DNA from: Paraspadella gotoi | Taxonomy: Eukaryota; Animalia; Chaetognatha | NCBI GenBank assembly: GCA_051294375.1 | Contig: JBJCIZ010000346.1 | Coordinates: 1 to 49,774, forward strand | DNA length: 49,774 nucleotides | Reading direction: 5' to 3' | In this document: positions 1 to 12,820 of the stretch, piece by piece | Numbering within the stretch: the stretch's first letter is position 1 | Layout of the letters: the number at the start of each line of letters is the position of its first letter | Translations under genes and position numbers: made by a program | The notes under the pieces: generated by a model | What the model saw: the letters and a program-made list of their open reading frames with translations, nothing else | Databases searched by the model: none | What the model was told of the DNA's origin: nothing

Positions 1-2434
1 AGTACAAAGGAACCGCGGGGAGATTATGACTCGTCGCGGGTAAACTTGACCTGATGGGGACTTTAACCCACTGGCCAGGTAGTTAAGGACAAAAACCGGT
101 TAAAAATTATCCTGATTCCCCCTTTCTCAGGATAAAACGATTGGTTTAAAATTTATTAAATACTACGACGTAACTTTTATTACTCTTCGCTCGAATTTTC
201 TTCGCTTCGCGCTGGATCAACTGGATTTTCGGAGGTTAGCATGCCATGGAAAGTTTTATTAATGAAAGTGAAAACCTCTCAGAGAGGGGTTTACGTAGAT
301 TTATTGCTGATTTTAAACAAGCTTTAAGCTGTTTTAATAATAAATATCAGGCGTATTTATTGAAAACGTCTGCTGATAACCTTAGCAATGCTCTAAAATC
401 ACGCGAAAAACTCGTCGATCTCGTAAGAGATCTTTCGGAAGGGCTACGAAACCGGCCGGATTTAGCTACGAGTCGTGTGAAGAGTATTTTACGTGAAGCT
501 GAGGATTCATTACTTTGTTGTCCAATAGTAGATATTACTAATTTGCAATTCCCTGATCCCCGTGAAACGAGCACTAGTAATATGCCGGGTACCGTATCTA
601 ATTCTGTAACTGTTCCCGTGTCGTCGGTTGTTCCGGTTTCTACATCTGTAAATGTTCCAGTCTCCGTGCCGGAAGGCGTGGATCATTCTGTCAATCCTTC
701 TGTTAACCCTCTCCCGGATCTGCCCCCTACCCCTGCCCGTGTCGTCAGGTGGGTCGAGCAAACTGTCACCATCCCAAGAAGGACTCCGTCGGCCGATTCC
801 TCAGAAAACGCGCGTTCTCAAGAAGATCGTCAATCAGTCCCAAACTCCTCAGGGTCGGAAGCGTCAAGGGTTTCGCGAGAATTACAGCGGACACGTTTGA
901 TCGAAAAAGGTAAAATTGAAAATCGCCTGAAAAAACACTTCCGTCGGGAGCTTAGAACAAATGGAAGTGGATTTCCAAACTGAGCAAAACCGAAAAAGGA
1001 TTGAATTAAATAGAATGAGAGATGAAATGGAAAGACTTGAGAGAGAGGCGGAAATTGAAAGATTAGACGTTGATGTACGTTATGAAAATGGTATTGAACA
1101 AATTTTAGAAGTCAATGTCCCATTTATTAGGAACAATCCGGAGCCGAGAAGGGATGGAGAAGCCGGACGCAAGTCAACCAATCCAGTTTTCGCGGCGGCG
1201 TCGTCGTCTTCGTTTCTGGGCCCTCCCGTTGATCCAGTCCATCCGCGTGATTCAATTTCGGCGAATCCGAAAAATCTCGTAACCATGACGACGGCGTCAC
1301 AGTTTTAGCCCAAGCGACGAAAGAGGCTGAAAATCTTGCGGCGGCGGAATCAACTCATCCCAAGCAATTAGCCATTCAAAATCCAGAGAAAAACTTACAC
1401 GGACTGAAAGTCGTAATTCCAAATACATCGGCGACACGGCCGCCAGCTCAGTCAGACGAGGCGACTCTCATTCAACCGGTCCCTAATACTGCATCTTCTC
1501 TAGCGGCACCAGTGGTCGCGGCGTCGTCCGCACGTCCTCCTGTATTCCACAGTCATGTTCTTCGTCTTTTTCTCCTGTTTTGTCCCCAATTGTTCCTGCA
1601 GTTATTAATGAAATACAACCCAACTGTGATATGATTAAAACTTATTAAAAACTACACTCTCCTGTGGTATATACTAGTCCAGCAGTGCATTACCAGTTAT
1701 ATCTTCAACCGTAAATCAGTCTCATTTGCCACAATCTGTTCAATCGTCATATGTTGGTTTACCTGTATCTTTACCCTCTTTGGAACAGTCAAATCAGTTA
1801 TTATTAATTTTACAAGCCTTATCTCAAGCTTGTTCGTCATTATTTCCGCCCATTCCGAATCCGCTTCCGCCGGTAGTACCGCCGTCCGCGCCGCCGGCAC
1901 CGTCGAAAAATCCCGTAGCTTCTCCGATCATTTCATCCGCAGCAGCACCTCCGACGGGCGCCGCAGCAGCCCCGTTTCTGTCGGGTCATCAAATCACGGT
2001 CGAATCTACAATCCCGAAAACCGTGATCACACTCCCTTACCCCGTCCACCTCCCCAAGAAAGGATCCATCTGAAAATCAGGTTTTTAGAAGAAAAATTAA
2101 AATCTAAAAATAAACCTGTTTTGAATAAAATTATCGATGATCCTCCTCACCTTAGCGACGACGACGAATCCATCTGTTCCGACGAGACCCATCGTCTGGA
2201 TCCCATCGCGATACCGGCGACTGAGGACAATCCATTGATTCAGCTGTGCCTCATTCAATCTCGCAACATGCCTTTTCTCTGATGCGTCAAAAACGCCAAA
2301 GACGAAATTTTTCTGGTAGGACAGGCGAGTAGATTTTGACGCTCAGTTAGCTTTATTCAATACTCTTTATAGCATTCCAGGCATTACTAACGAAATGCTG
2401 GTTGCTGAAATGCGTGAGTACTTTTCTGGTGATG
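1..2434 (+). mobile_element. BEL/Pao LTR retrotransposon copy A (5' leader and gag N-terminal part, ends at N gap)
   Basis: 1-1270 is near-identical to 14232-15620 of copy C, which follows the LTR; 1566-2434 matches 35693-36606 of copy E, which runs on into the Zn knuckles and pol. Confidence 0.9.
246..2434 (+). CDS. gag: Gag N-terminal region, read across frameshifts: helical N-terminus, S/V/P-rich linker, short coiled coil, P/A/S-rich tract, start of Gag core
   Basis: ORFs 246-983, 961-1308, 1726-2073 and the 3' end of 1830-2282 chain by small indels. The end reads ...RVDFDAQLALFNTLYSIPGITNEMLVAEMREYFSGD, resembling the start of the BEL Gag core, and is collinear with the knuckle-bearing copy E. 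Confidence 0.75.
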
Positions 2435-2459
2435 NNNNNNNNNNNNNNNNNNNNNNNNN

Positions 2460-5400
2460 TTCGTATGTGTAGGGGTTTCCTTCATTTCTGGTTATAGTGA
2501 GTCTTCAAGCGTTTTTGGCGAAGGTTGTCGCTCGTGGAAAAGTTGCTGAATAAATATGTTGGTAATGAATTGTGTGTAACGCAAAGTTAATAAATTTCAT
2601 TGATTTTCCACTTACTTCCGGCTGAATCCATAAAAGGAGAAATGGAAGTTCAGGGTTTCAGCGGTCTTTGGTGCTGGTTGAACTCCGGCTCATTTATCAT
2701 CGTTGTGGTCGTCTACTGTATGTCTAGGACTTTTCATGTGAGAGATGTTGCTGTGAATATATTGGATATGCATAATCCATCTGCCCTCAGTCAGATGTAG
2801 ATGATGATTTCATTGGCTCAATTTCGTATTCTTCATTCATTGATGTTCGTGGTTGTCATTTTTCATCTCTTGGTATATGTATTTTAATGTTCATTAATAA
2901 TTCCGTTTATTTTCAGTTATTATTTTTGTTATTTGTGATTTCTTTTCATGCTTCTTTATTAAGTTCGTTTATTATTATTTCTTTTTTTTGGTCTTATATT
3001 TTGTGCTCTTGTTTTTTTTTTGTTTCTGGAATTTTTATTATTATTATATTCCGGGATTAATACTGTGTATATATTTTTTTTGTATTTCGTTTGATTAATG
3101 ATTTTGTGTTCTTTATTGGTATTTTAATATTTTTTTGTTGATATTTTGTAGTTGCAATTTCTTTTGTCTTATCTTTATTTTTGAATTTATCTTTCTCTGA
3201 ATAATTTATAGTTTTGTGTTTTGATGTGATTTCAATATAATTATAGTTATCATTCTAATTTCTTCATAATCTTATTTGCCATATTATCATGTATGACTAT
3301 TTGTATATTTATTTTTAATTTTATGTCAATACATTATTTTAAAAGATATATCTTTCATAATCTGCAGAGGCATTTGTGCATAGTTTTTAATATTTTTGCC
3401 CCAAGTGCGAGATTAAGGTTTTTTCGTCCTTGGAACTGGATTCCGTTTTTTGTTTCCGATTCAATTAAATTTGTTTCCCATCAATTCTCGATGCTGCAAA
3501 TCGATTCTGTTCGAGATTCTACGCGGAGTTTGTTTAACGTAGTTGATTTTCATTTATATACGAGTCCTTGAAAGATTAAGTGAGTTTGTGAGTGCCCCCC
3601 ACGAAACCCACTGCCTCCAATATTGTTATTTCAGATATTTCCATAACAAACTGAAACAAGAATGGATCAATGAATGACAAATAATGCCAATAACAATAGC
3701 AATATAAAATTTTCCAGTTTTTTCATTTTCAAATTTTGAGAATCATAATTAAATTTGCCACGCTTTGAAGGTTTGCATTTAAGGAAGCTGTTTAATAAAG
3801 TTTTGATCTGCAGGACCAGTGCATCTTCCGCTTCTATCTCCTCAAGAGGAATCTTCGAGGTAATGGGTAGCTCAAAAAAAAAGTATTTTTCACGTGCATA
3901 GTTCTTGAAAGTATTTTTTGCTTTGATGTGTGAGTGAGAGAAGGGTTAAGTTACAACAATCGTACAATAGGTATACATTGGTTTATGTACTTGCAATGTT
4001 AATAGTTTTTACTTAAAAAAAAAAAATAATACCAACAATTCCGGTTCCGGACAGAACAGGTAAGTTTTCGATTCAGATGTTACTAATCTTTTATTTAGGT
4101 TCTTTGGGATCTTCAGGCGGGCTATTCAAAAGGATCGCTCGTTTCATTCAGAGCATTGAAGATCGTGCCAGGTAAGACTTCGGATCACCATGGGATTGCT
4201 TTGTCGCGGATTTGGGTTTCGTCTCACGAAATTGGATTCGTCCGTCACGGAATTGGATTTTGGATTTCGTTGGACTTCATGGACAGATCGTCCTCGGTAT
4301 TCGGACAAGCTTGATACTTCAGGCGGCGCCCAAACGTCTTCACTTCGATCACCTCTAAGATATGTCATCTTGAGCTTTCGAATCGACGCGAACTCTGACG
4401 GCGGGCGACGAGTACTTTATCGCCGCCATAAAAAATAAAAAAACTTTGGGCACTCTAGTGCAAAGATGCACTACAGAGTTGTTGATTTTTTTTTATTAAT
4501 CACATTATGTTAATAGGTAGCTAAATGTAACAGTATACGAGAAAACCAAGTAACCGGAAATGACTGACCAAAGACAAAGATAATATTTCCAAAGCAGGGA
4601 GTAATACAATTGAAGCTCTTAGTTAACATCACTATCAATTGGCTCTTTGAAATAGGTTCATCTTGTGAGGTTAAATAAGAAGAAATTCAATAAAATACAT
4701 TTTTAATGAAATAGAATAGTGCTCTTCAAATGTTACAATGAATCGTTTTGAACAATAAGTTTTTAATCAACCAAGATAAATGTCAAATGAACATGGTAAT
4801 AATTTTATCAATGATCTCAACTAGTTGTTCCAATTGTGTTATGTAATATAAACTTTATAAATGATGTATTTTAATAATTTTATGGTTTTTGAAATAAAAA
4901 AGTAAATGAGCAGTAATTAGGAATATAAGGTAGAAACTTTCTCCCACAAATTCAAATTTCTAATGTCTTCTGATTAGACGAGTAACTCAATCGACTCAAA
5001 TCTGTAATGAGAGAAGTCACATGGCGTGAATATTTTCCGTTCGCCATCTTGACAGTTCGCTCTCTCTGAGTCTCTCTCCAAGCAAGTTCTTTACAATTCG
5101 TCTATTCTCCAAATATCGCGGGGAACATTTTCTCTCTATGAGAACACGCTCCCGATGTGAAAGTGATCTGAGATGAAGTCCATTTCGTTTCGGCTTCTAA
5201 GGTTGTTGAAATACTCCTTTTTCCAGCGAAATCCAAAATTTGTCTGCAGTATCGCGGACAGTTTTTCCATGATGCGCGGAAAGAGTCACCAAGCTGTAGG
5301 AGTATAGAGGAAGTAGAGTTTAATGCTGTTGAAGCATTAAATAAGGGATATAAAAAATTTTCTGAGACCTAAAGCTATTATTTCCATTTGGATTTGCCTG

Positions 5401-8400
5401 GTGCTGTGAGTAATTTGGGCGTCTAGTTTAAAATTGCGAAATTTCACATAAAATAGTAACAAATTTCCAAGTCTGGCTCTGTCAGTAAGGATGTCGTAAT
5501 GTGTTTTTTGTAACTTTTTACTAATCTCTCCCACACTCCCCCAGTAGGGGTATGAGCCCAAAATCCCACTTATAGTGTTGAAGCGATGAAACTCCGAGAA
5601 TTTTCTGTCCTCCCGATCGTCTCATTGGTCTCTTCATTCGTTAATCAACCATCGAAAGGTTCCATTATCGGAGATATTCGTTCAAGAACTGGGAAGCGAG
5701 ATTTAATCTATGATTGCTGAGATTAAATGAAATGCTTGACATAAGTCTTTTAAAACTGTCAAAACTACAGCTCTTGTGCCCATGCAGGTTCAGAAGTAGG
5801 ACGTTTTTATATCTTAAATCCTCTTCCAGCATTTCTCACCCGTATGGGACCAAAGCAATGATTCCGGTCTGTACGAAAAATGGGATGGTGATTGAACCCG
5901 AAAATTCAGGAAGAGATCCAATCTGTTGGGTGTGCGTTTCTGGACCTTTGGCATTCACGCATTTCTCACGAGTGTCGACACTTTGAAGTCTTCCACCTAA
6001 TAACTGCCAAAGATTGGTTTTAAAGAATGAAAAGGTCGGCAGATGCGCCTCAATGTTTCAGTTGCTTCGTGGAATAAGCCCTAATAATGGACATTTACCA
6101 CTTCGTCACTTTTAGGAAGAATTAAGGATATTAACCTCATATATTCATAATCTACTTATTGCCAGTGCTGAGGTTCCCTCCGGCTCTAAATGCAATGATC
6201 CGTATCAATAAATGGACTTAAGAATATCATTTGTGAACTTTTAGTTGTTCTGAGTTTCTCTTTTGCATTTGGAAGATAGAATGCCAAGGTTTTAATAACT
6301 CAAAATCTTTATCAAAATGAATAAGTCGTTGAATCGCTCTAAAATATAACTTGGTTCTTGCCATTGAAGTCATCAACAGTAAGCGCATAATTTTTCAACT
6401 TTAACCTTTTTTCCCCTCCTTGCTTTCTTTTAAATATTTTCTAAAATAGCGAATCAACTATTTTGTGAAATAGGCGACGCGTCTTACCTTTGTCGCCAAT
6501 CTGAGATTTTCTCATGATCTGATTGCCCCAGTCTTTGGAGTCGTAGGGCGGGAGAATGGATAATCGCGAATGCGGTTGATGCAATGAGGTTCGATCGCTG
6601 AATAACTAAATCGTCATGAATTGCAGATAGATATATCTCCTCCGGTTCTCTCTTTTGGAGTTTGTTTGTGGAGAATAACTGGAAGACTTGAAGTGGCCAT
6701 TCGCTTCAGGACGCCGCACCCAATGCTGGATCCTTGATGAAATATTGACATTTGTTTGTCTTTAGCGTCAAACCCTTGAAGCAAAATCGGCGATTTTCCC
6801 GTTCGCTTGAACTTGGCGCATTTTCGAATAGAGATAAAAATTTTCGTTCAGTTTTCAGTCGGAAGTGCTCAAAAGTCTTAAATCTTTTGGTGAAGCTCAT
6901 TTAAATCCAGTTTTAAAACAGTGATCAATCGTTAACATGACAATGCTTGGAGAATTCTTGGTCTCCAGATTCTCTTACTATTGTATCCATAGATTGGGCT
7001 GCCATCCTGGCATTTTAATTCTAAACGAGGCCATGCTTTCAAGCTGATCTTCTTCTGACTGAATTTAAATCACTCGTTCATTTGCAATGGCACAACATGG
7101 ATTTTGAATAAAAAAGAGAAATGTGACATGCATCTTCATTTTGCATTCATGCTTTTTTTAAATAAGCAACAATTCCGTAACCTAACAGAGGAGGCATCGG
7201 AAAAACAAATGATAAGCTGGCGTTTTCCAACTTCTCTAGACCCTGAGATAGAGTCCAGCGAGGAAAGGGTGAAATGCCTTTCAAGTGAATCATTTCCTTT
7301 CTTCGCATTTTGTCAAATTTTTTAAAAAGTTCGTCAAAACTTTATCATTCCCAGGTCAAGTTAATCATATGCCTTTTTGGAAAAAAGCTCTCTCTTTAAA
7401 ATATAGTGAGATCAACGAATCCAAGTGTGATCAATAAACATGCCACTGAAATTTTAAAAAATTCTCGTCTTGTTAATGCTTCCTTTTTGAACTGTTTTCT
7501 GTTATTCTAATAAAAAATACGTCTTTCTGTATTGAATCCACCCACGCCAAAAATCTTACTGAGTGCTCAAATCTGTAGATTCTCTGACAAGGTGTTTCCG
7601 CCATCCTTTTCAATCGTCGACGAAGTCATCGACGACGTCGTGATTGGAGAGGCGCCTTCGTCTTTAAAACTTTCATCCTCCAAAACTCGGGGATCTGAAG
7701 ATTTCCATTTGCAGCGATCGAATCCGCTCGCGCTTCAGGGCGTCGTGAGTTCAATCGGAGTTTTTATGGCCTCTTCCAGGTGTGTCCGAAAGAATTTGAG
7801 CAAAATCGGTCCATCATAGAGCCTAAAAAAATGGAGTAGAAAAGCTTCTTGAAGATATTTCATTTTGAATTTTTTTCGCGTGATATTCTTATCACCCAAT
7901 TGGCGACACCGTGGGCTCCTAAACCCCCAAATATAAATGCACATTGGATGATGAGCTTCATAGAATCCAGTCAGGTTTCTATCAGTATATGCAGAGAAAA
8001 TCTTAAAGGCCCCTCTGTCAGCAGGTATTTCCACTGGTGGAAAAAAGCCCTTTGAATGTCCGACGATAGTGGTCACATTTTCTACGAAACCCATTAGAAA
8101 AAACTCCTATAACATGGGTCAAAACTTATCAGTCCAGCAAATCATTGTGCTCATTAATGAAAAGTACCTCTACTTTAAGAGGCCGCTCTTGACAAATGCG
8201 GAATTTTCCTGGTTATCAGAACGCTGTGACAATGTGCAAGGGGAGTAATAGCAAAATTCGGGTTCCCGCCATATAATCTTTTCAATTTCACATTTGCCTT
8301 GAAAAACCAACCTCCATTAGATTCAAGCATAGTCTCAAATACTCCTGTTCTTCAAATGGGAATCTTTTGCGAATTTTCAGCAGTCTTTATTGCTCTGCGT

Positions 8401-10090
8401 TGCGTTCGCTGATCGTAGCAGAGCGGATTTTTTGAAATTCCTTTGGCGCTGCTGCTCTCACACCCTTTTTCCAAGGCGTTTGGGGCAGAATAGTTCCTGT
8501 AAGAAATATTAAATTTATTCCGTTTTCTAACTGTTCAATGCATATTGAATCAAGTACTGAAGGAGGGAAATCTCACTTGAATTAATTTCTGATGTCTTCA
8601 TTAAAAGAATCCATTTATTGTTAACCTGGAAATTTGAATATAAATCTTCAATTTCCGATGGCGCGATTCAAGACATTTATCTACTGTTGACATCCGTTTT
8701 CACTTGGCCAATAAGAGTCCAACCAAACGAAGTAGTAGTGCAGTAGGAATCCCGTTGGTCAACCACGAGTCGAATCCACCGACCCAGCGGAGGCTCAAGC
8801 GCTGCATCAAAATAATATTAATTTCTTCATTTAGAAGTTCAACAAAATAACATCTTTCATATAATCATAATCCTCAATATCTTTATTCTTTTGATTGCCT
8901 TATCCCTTTCCGTAGTTAAAATACCCAACAATAAACTTTATTCATTTTACGGAATAAGTCGTCATTCTAAATCTATTTCAATATCAAACAAAATCTGCGC
9001 CAAGTCATGAGATACAGAGTCATAAGTAAGTTAATTGGTATAGAAGAGTGTAGGAATTTAACTTAATTTATTTACAATATTGTTGATATAGCAGAGCGGT
9101 AGCAACCACTATCAGTAAAGAGCTACGTCACTACTTTCCGCTTTCATTTATTACAATCTACAGGAAACAATGAGAGACGAAAGTCCCGGTAGCGCGTACG
9201 CTGCTGGCAGTCAAGAGAAGACGAGGCACCGATCTCATGCATGGGAAAAGCGTGATGACGCCCTCGCGATGTCTACATCCCAACAAGCTTTGAATCTCTG
9301 TTACATGTTTCTCAAGCAGCAATGCAATAAATTTTGTTCTTTTATATAATCCCCACCTTTTTTTCCATGTCCATGTGAGATATTTTTCGACAGGTTTCAA
9401 ATGTATGATTGCTTCCCACCATGAACATGATGATGTGGACAAGCTTCTTGGGGATTGTGTCATTGATCGCGTTTGATGCGGAAATCTCGAGCAGGTTTGG
9501 TATTTGTTATCGTGGAGTCTCTGAGACCAACACATTTTTTGCTGGTTTTTGCTGCAACCGCCGCAAAGTAACGGGAAAAGATTTCGATGGGGTTGGCGTT
9601 GAATGGCTACGGGATCCGAGTTGTGAAGGTCTGTCCGTTGAGAGCTGATTCCCGGCGTAGATGCTGCCCATTTCGGCGATTTCTGCAGTATATTTAAAAC
9701 AATTTATAAAGGATTCAAAAGTCGGATATAAATCCGTTGCGTCATCCCTCGTCATCAGTTCTCTCGTTCTAACCATCCATTTTTTCTTACTGCACGTTTT
9801 GCCCAAGCATTAGCCAGATGAGGAGCTTTTTGATAAATATTTCTGTATAAATCTCTTGAGTAAGGCAAAAAGTTTTTCCCTATTTGTTCTTTGTGCTTAA
9901 GGTATATCTTTTTTAAACTCAGTATTAAAAGTCTTAAGCTGCAGGAGATCTCTGCTGCTTTATTTTCGGCCTTAGTAAATTATCAAGTAAATGAGTGCAT
10001 ATAACTTTCTGCAACTAACTTTTTAACGCTTTCTTAATCTTTTTAAAGAGCGGTCAATACAATGCGCGGCCTAATTCATATTGTTGTATG
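2460..10090 (-). mobile_element. BEL/Pao copy B (inverted): gag core to pol to 3' accessory region, truncated at both ends
   Basis: Reverse complement of copies D/E: 2460-2800 matches 34680-34990; integrase stop ~4987; YMDD-equivalent ~7804-7820; DSG protease ~9105; knuckles ~9230-9430. Confidence 0.9.
4987..10090 (-). pseudogene. pol: gag-pol remnant of copy B (many indels, possibly sequencing error)
   Basis: Minus-strand fragments FTKRFKTFEHFRLKT (RNase H), PADRGAF (RT), YWGSVGE (integrase) and TFESFINCFKYTAEIAEMG (gag). Confidence 0.8.
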
Positions 10091-10097
10091 ATAATTA

Positions 10098-10207
10098 GGG
10101 CAAAGCCAAAGAAACAAATAGGGAAAAAACCTTTGCTACTCAAGAGATTTATACGGAAATATTATCAAAAAAAGCTCCTCATCTGGCTAATGCTTGGGCA
10201 AAACGTG
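10098..10207 (+). repeat. Short fold-back copy of gag, inverted relative to 9790-9895
   Basis: aaagaaacaaatagggaaaaaacctttgctactcaagag...gcttgggcaaaacgtg is the reverse complement of 9790-9895. Confidence 0.85.
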
Positions 10208-10539
10208 ATATGGTAAAGTTTTATTTATCTTTCATAAGTAATTATGCTGGTACTCATGTGCTTCTTTGATTAAGAAGGTCATATCTTCATCAGCATAAAT
10301 TACAAAATTTTTTGGAGCACCACTGGTTTCGCAGAAGAAAAAAAGAGGAGAGAGATGTGAAGAGAGATGGAATTGTTTCTTTTTCAAACACTGTTCCCAA
10401 AACTTTATAATTTGCAACTGATGAAAAACTCTAGTAATTCACCAAGACGCCTAGTTAATTCTACAGTAATTTATTTTTTAATTCAATATTAAAATAGAAA
10501 ATTCATAATATAAAGTATAAATTGATGAATAAAAATTTC

Positions 10540-11610
10540 AACAGCTGTCAGAATTGAGTTCAGAGTGTTGAGGATCACAGGAGCAAAGTAAGGCGGAGAC
10601 GGGGGAAGGAGAGTATGATAAATTTGAGAATTGGGTAAAAAAAAAAGAGGAGAGAGATCAATACATTTTGGCAATTGTACAACAGTGAATAGAAGTGAAA
10701 AAAACTAAAGTAACATCAAAGCCCTCAAACCCTCTTGAACCGGTGATGGAGGACGCAATTCGAACTTTCGTCCCTCCACGCTACTGATTCGCTAATCACA
10801 AAACTGGTGAGAACCCAACAGCCACCCCTTCAGCCTTAATGGTGTTCCCCTGTCCCACTCAATGGGTCAGGAGCGGCGGAGACCCTAGCAGGCAAGTGAA
10901 CATCTGCACTGCCATCCTCCTGAGCCATGCCAGCAACTTGGCTGACAACCTTCTCCGTGCTGAGCCGCCTCCTCGCCAACATACGGAACAGCTGCGCAGA
11001 AGGAGGGAGAGGATCTGTACTCCGTTTCATAAACAGGCCAGAAAAGGATAACTGCTCGCTCTCGGACCATCAAGGTGTAGAAGAGGGCTCGTCGGCAGGC
11101 TAACTCAGCCAGAGAGATATACGAGTGGGCACTCCTGGCAGTTTTTTTCAGCTTGGATCTTAGGCCAGACCCGCACAATCCCACCTCCACCACAATATCC
11201 TCCTCAGCCCCATTACAGGCCAATGAACCTTTGAGCACATTCGTTAAATCATCCCTCATTTTGCCCGGGCCAGGGGGGGGCCAAGCTCATTTTGAGCTTT
11301 TCTCATCTTGATTTTTCTCTTAACAACTTACCTTAGCTATCCTCACAAACTTATTCCTTTCGCATTTCATATTTAATTCTTACTATTAACCAAATTCTCA
11401 AACAAACAGTTTATTTACTTATTGAACCTTAAATTACTTTTCGTTTTTATTCACTTTTATTCAACTGTTGTAACTATTGGGCCAAATATATTGATCTCTC
11501 TCTCTCCCTCGCCTTCTCCTCCTCTCTCTCTCTTATCTTTTTAACCAATCTCAAATTCACTACTCTCCTTCCCTTCCCTCACTTTCTCCTGTCTCAACAG
11601 ATCTGACCCA
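10540..11610. repeat. Imperfect inverted repeat (arms ~10540-10715 and ~11435-11610) around a GC-richer spacer
   Basis: gagagagatcaatacattttggcaattgtacaacagtgaatagaagtgaa pairs with ttcacttttattcaactgttgtaactattgggccaaatatattgatctctc; weaker similarity extends to ~10290 and ~11745. Confidence 0.7.
10715..11280 (+). pseudogene. Possible degraded non-LTR (LINE-like) reverse transcriptase fragment
   Basis: Reads IKALKPS*TGDGGRNSNFRPSTLL, similar to the LINE IPK..GD...NYRPISLL motif, followed by PSRQVNICTAIL and AVFFSLDL. Motifs are weak and no catalytic motif is seen on this strand. Confidence 0.3.
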
Positions 11611-12652
11611 CTGTCCTTACTCAAATTTCTTTGTTGGAAACTTTGCTCTCTCTCCCATCAATATCTCCTCCTTCTTCTCTAACCTTTAAAACCAATATAA
11701 AAAAAGGTTTGTGAAATTATCTTTTTCAATTGCTGATGGAAGAACTTCGAACAACTAGAGTCGAAAACTTGTCCATTATAAAAAAAATAAATGTTGTTAA
11801 AGGCGTGAACAAAATTTCGTTCTTCTTTTCCTTTAATATTCTTTTATTTAAAAATACAACACACATAGTTTTTGGGCCTTTTGCACATTGGTGTTAATAA
11901 AACGATTAAATTATTTTTTTATTGTTTTTTAAAAAATAAAAAAACCGATTGGATTGGTATTTCAGTAATCATCTTACTCTAAAAAAATAATATTAATAAA
12001 CTAATAATATTAAAATTCTAAAAAGTTTTAACACATAATTTTACTGCGCAAATACGGTTTCTACGTTAAATCATATTTTTATAAAACCAGTTTTTATACT
12101 CTTAGATTGAAACTTTACTCTTCAAAGTGATTGATAAAAAGTCAAAACAGTGAGGGGAAAAATGGCTCCTTATGGGCCCTTGTTTTTTTAAAAAACTGTT
12201 ACTTTCAATTAATGATAAATATTAAGTTTTAATCTATAATCAAAAAGTGTAATTTACTTTTTCTTTAGTTTAAAAAAGTACATTTTAATAGAATAATAGA
12301 TATTAAACGTTTTAAAATGTGGTGAACAAAATTCGGAAAATGCTCGTTCCAGGGCACCGGGTAAGTCAAGCGATTCGAACTAAACTGAGCACAGTTCTCG
12401 ACCTCACTCAAAATTTCCCACCCCCAAATTGGTCTAATAAGCCTGTCCAATTAAAAAATATAATTTGAGTTTTTTTTGAAAGGTTTTAACAATTACTAAT
12501 ATTTTTTCCAAAATTTGGGAAATAAAATTTTGGACTCACGTTTCAAAATAAAAAAATTAACATTTATTTTTTTATTTTATTTTGAAATGTTCGGGTTTTT
12601 AAACAAAATCAATCGAAAATCTCAATTTAATAATCAAATTTAAAACTTGAAA

Positions 12653-12820
12653 GTCACCCACTTTCCAGTTTTGTTTCTCTTTTTTAAATAGTTGTCGCCT
12701 TTTTAAGTCATCCTTCCTCAACAGGGTCATTTCCCTTGGTAATTATTTCTTGTCATCCCTTTTCCTTTTCTTGTCACCCTCTAGATTCACACGAGCCCAA
12801 TTGCTTGAGGTCATCCCTGT
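12653..12820 (+). repeat. Cluster of six GTCAYCC-like motifs in pyrimidine-rich DNA
   Basis: Motif at ~12653, 12707, 12726, 12752, 12773 and 12810. Confidence 0.45.

Noticed and set aside
10232-10417. Minus-strand LSPLFF...YADEDMTFLIK as a LINE RT catalytic motif
   Set aside because: Motif is imperfect, spacing is too short, it lies in low-complexity noisy sequence and on the strand opposite the NFRP motif.
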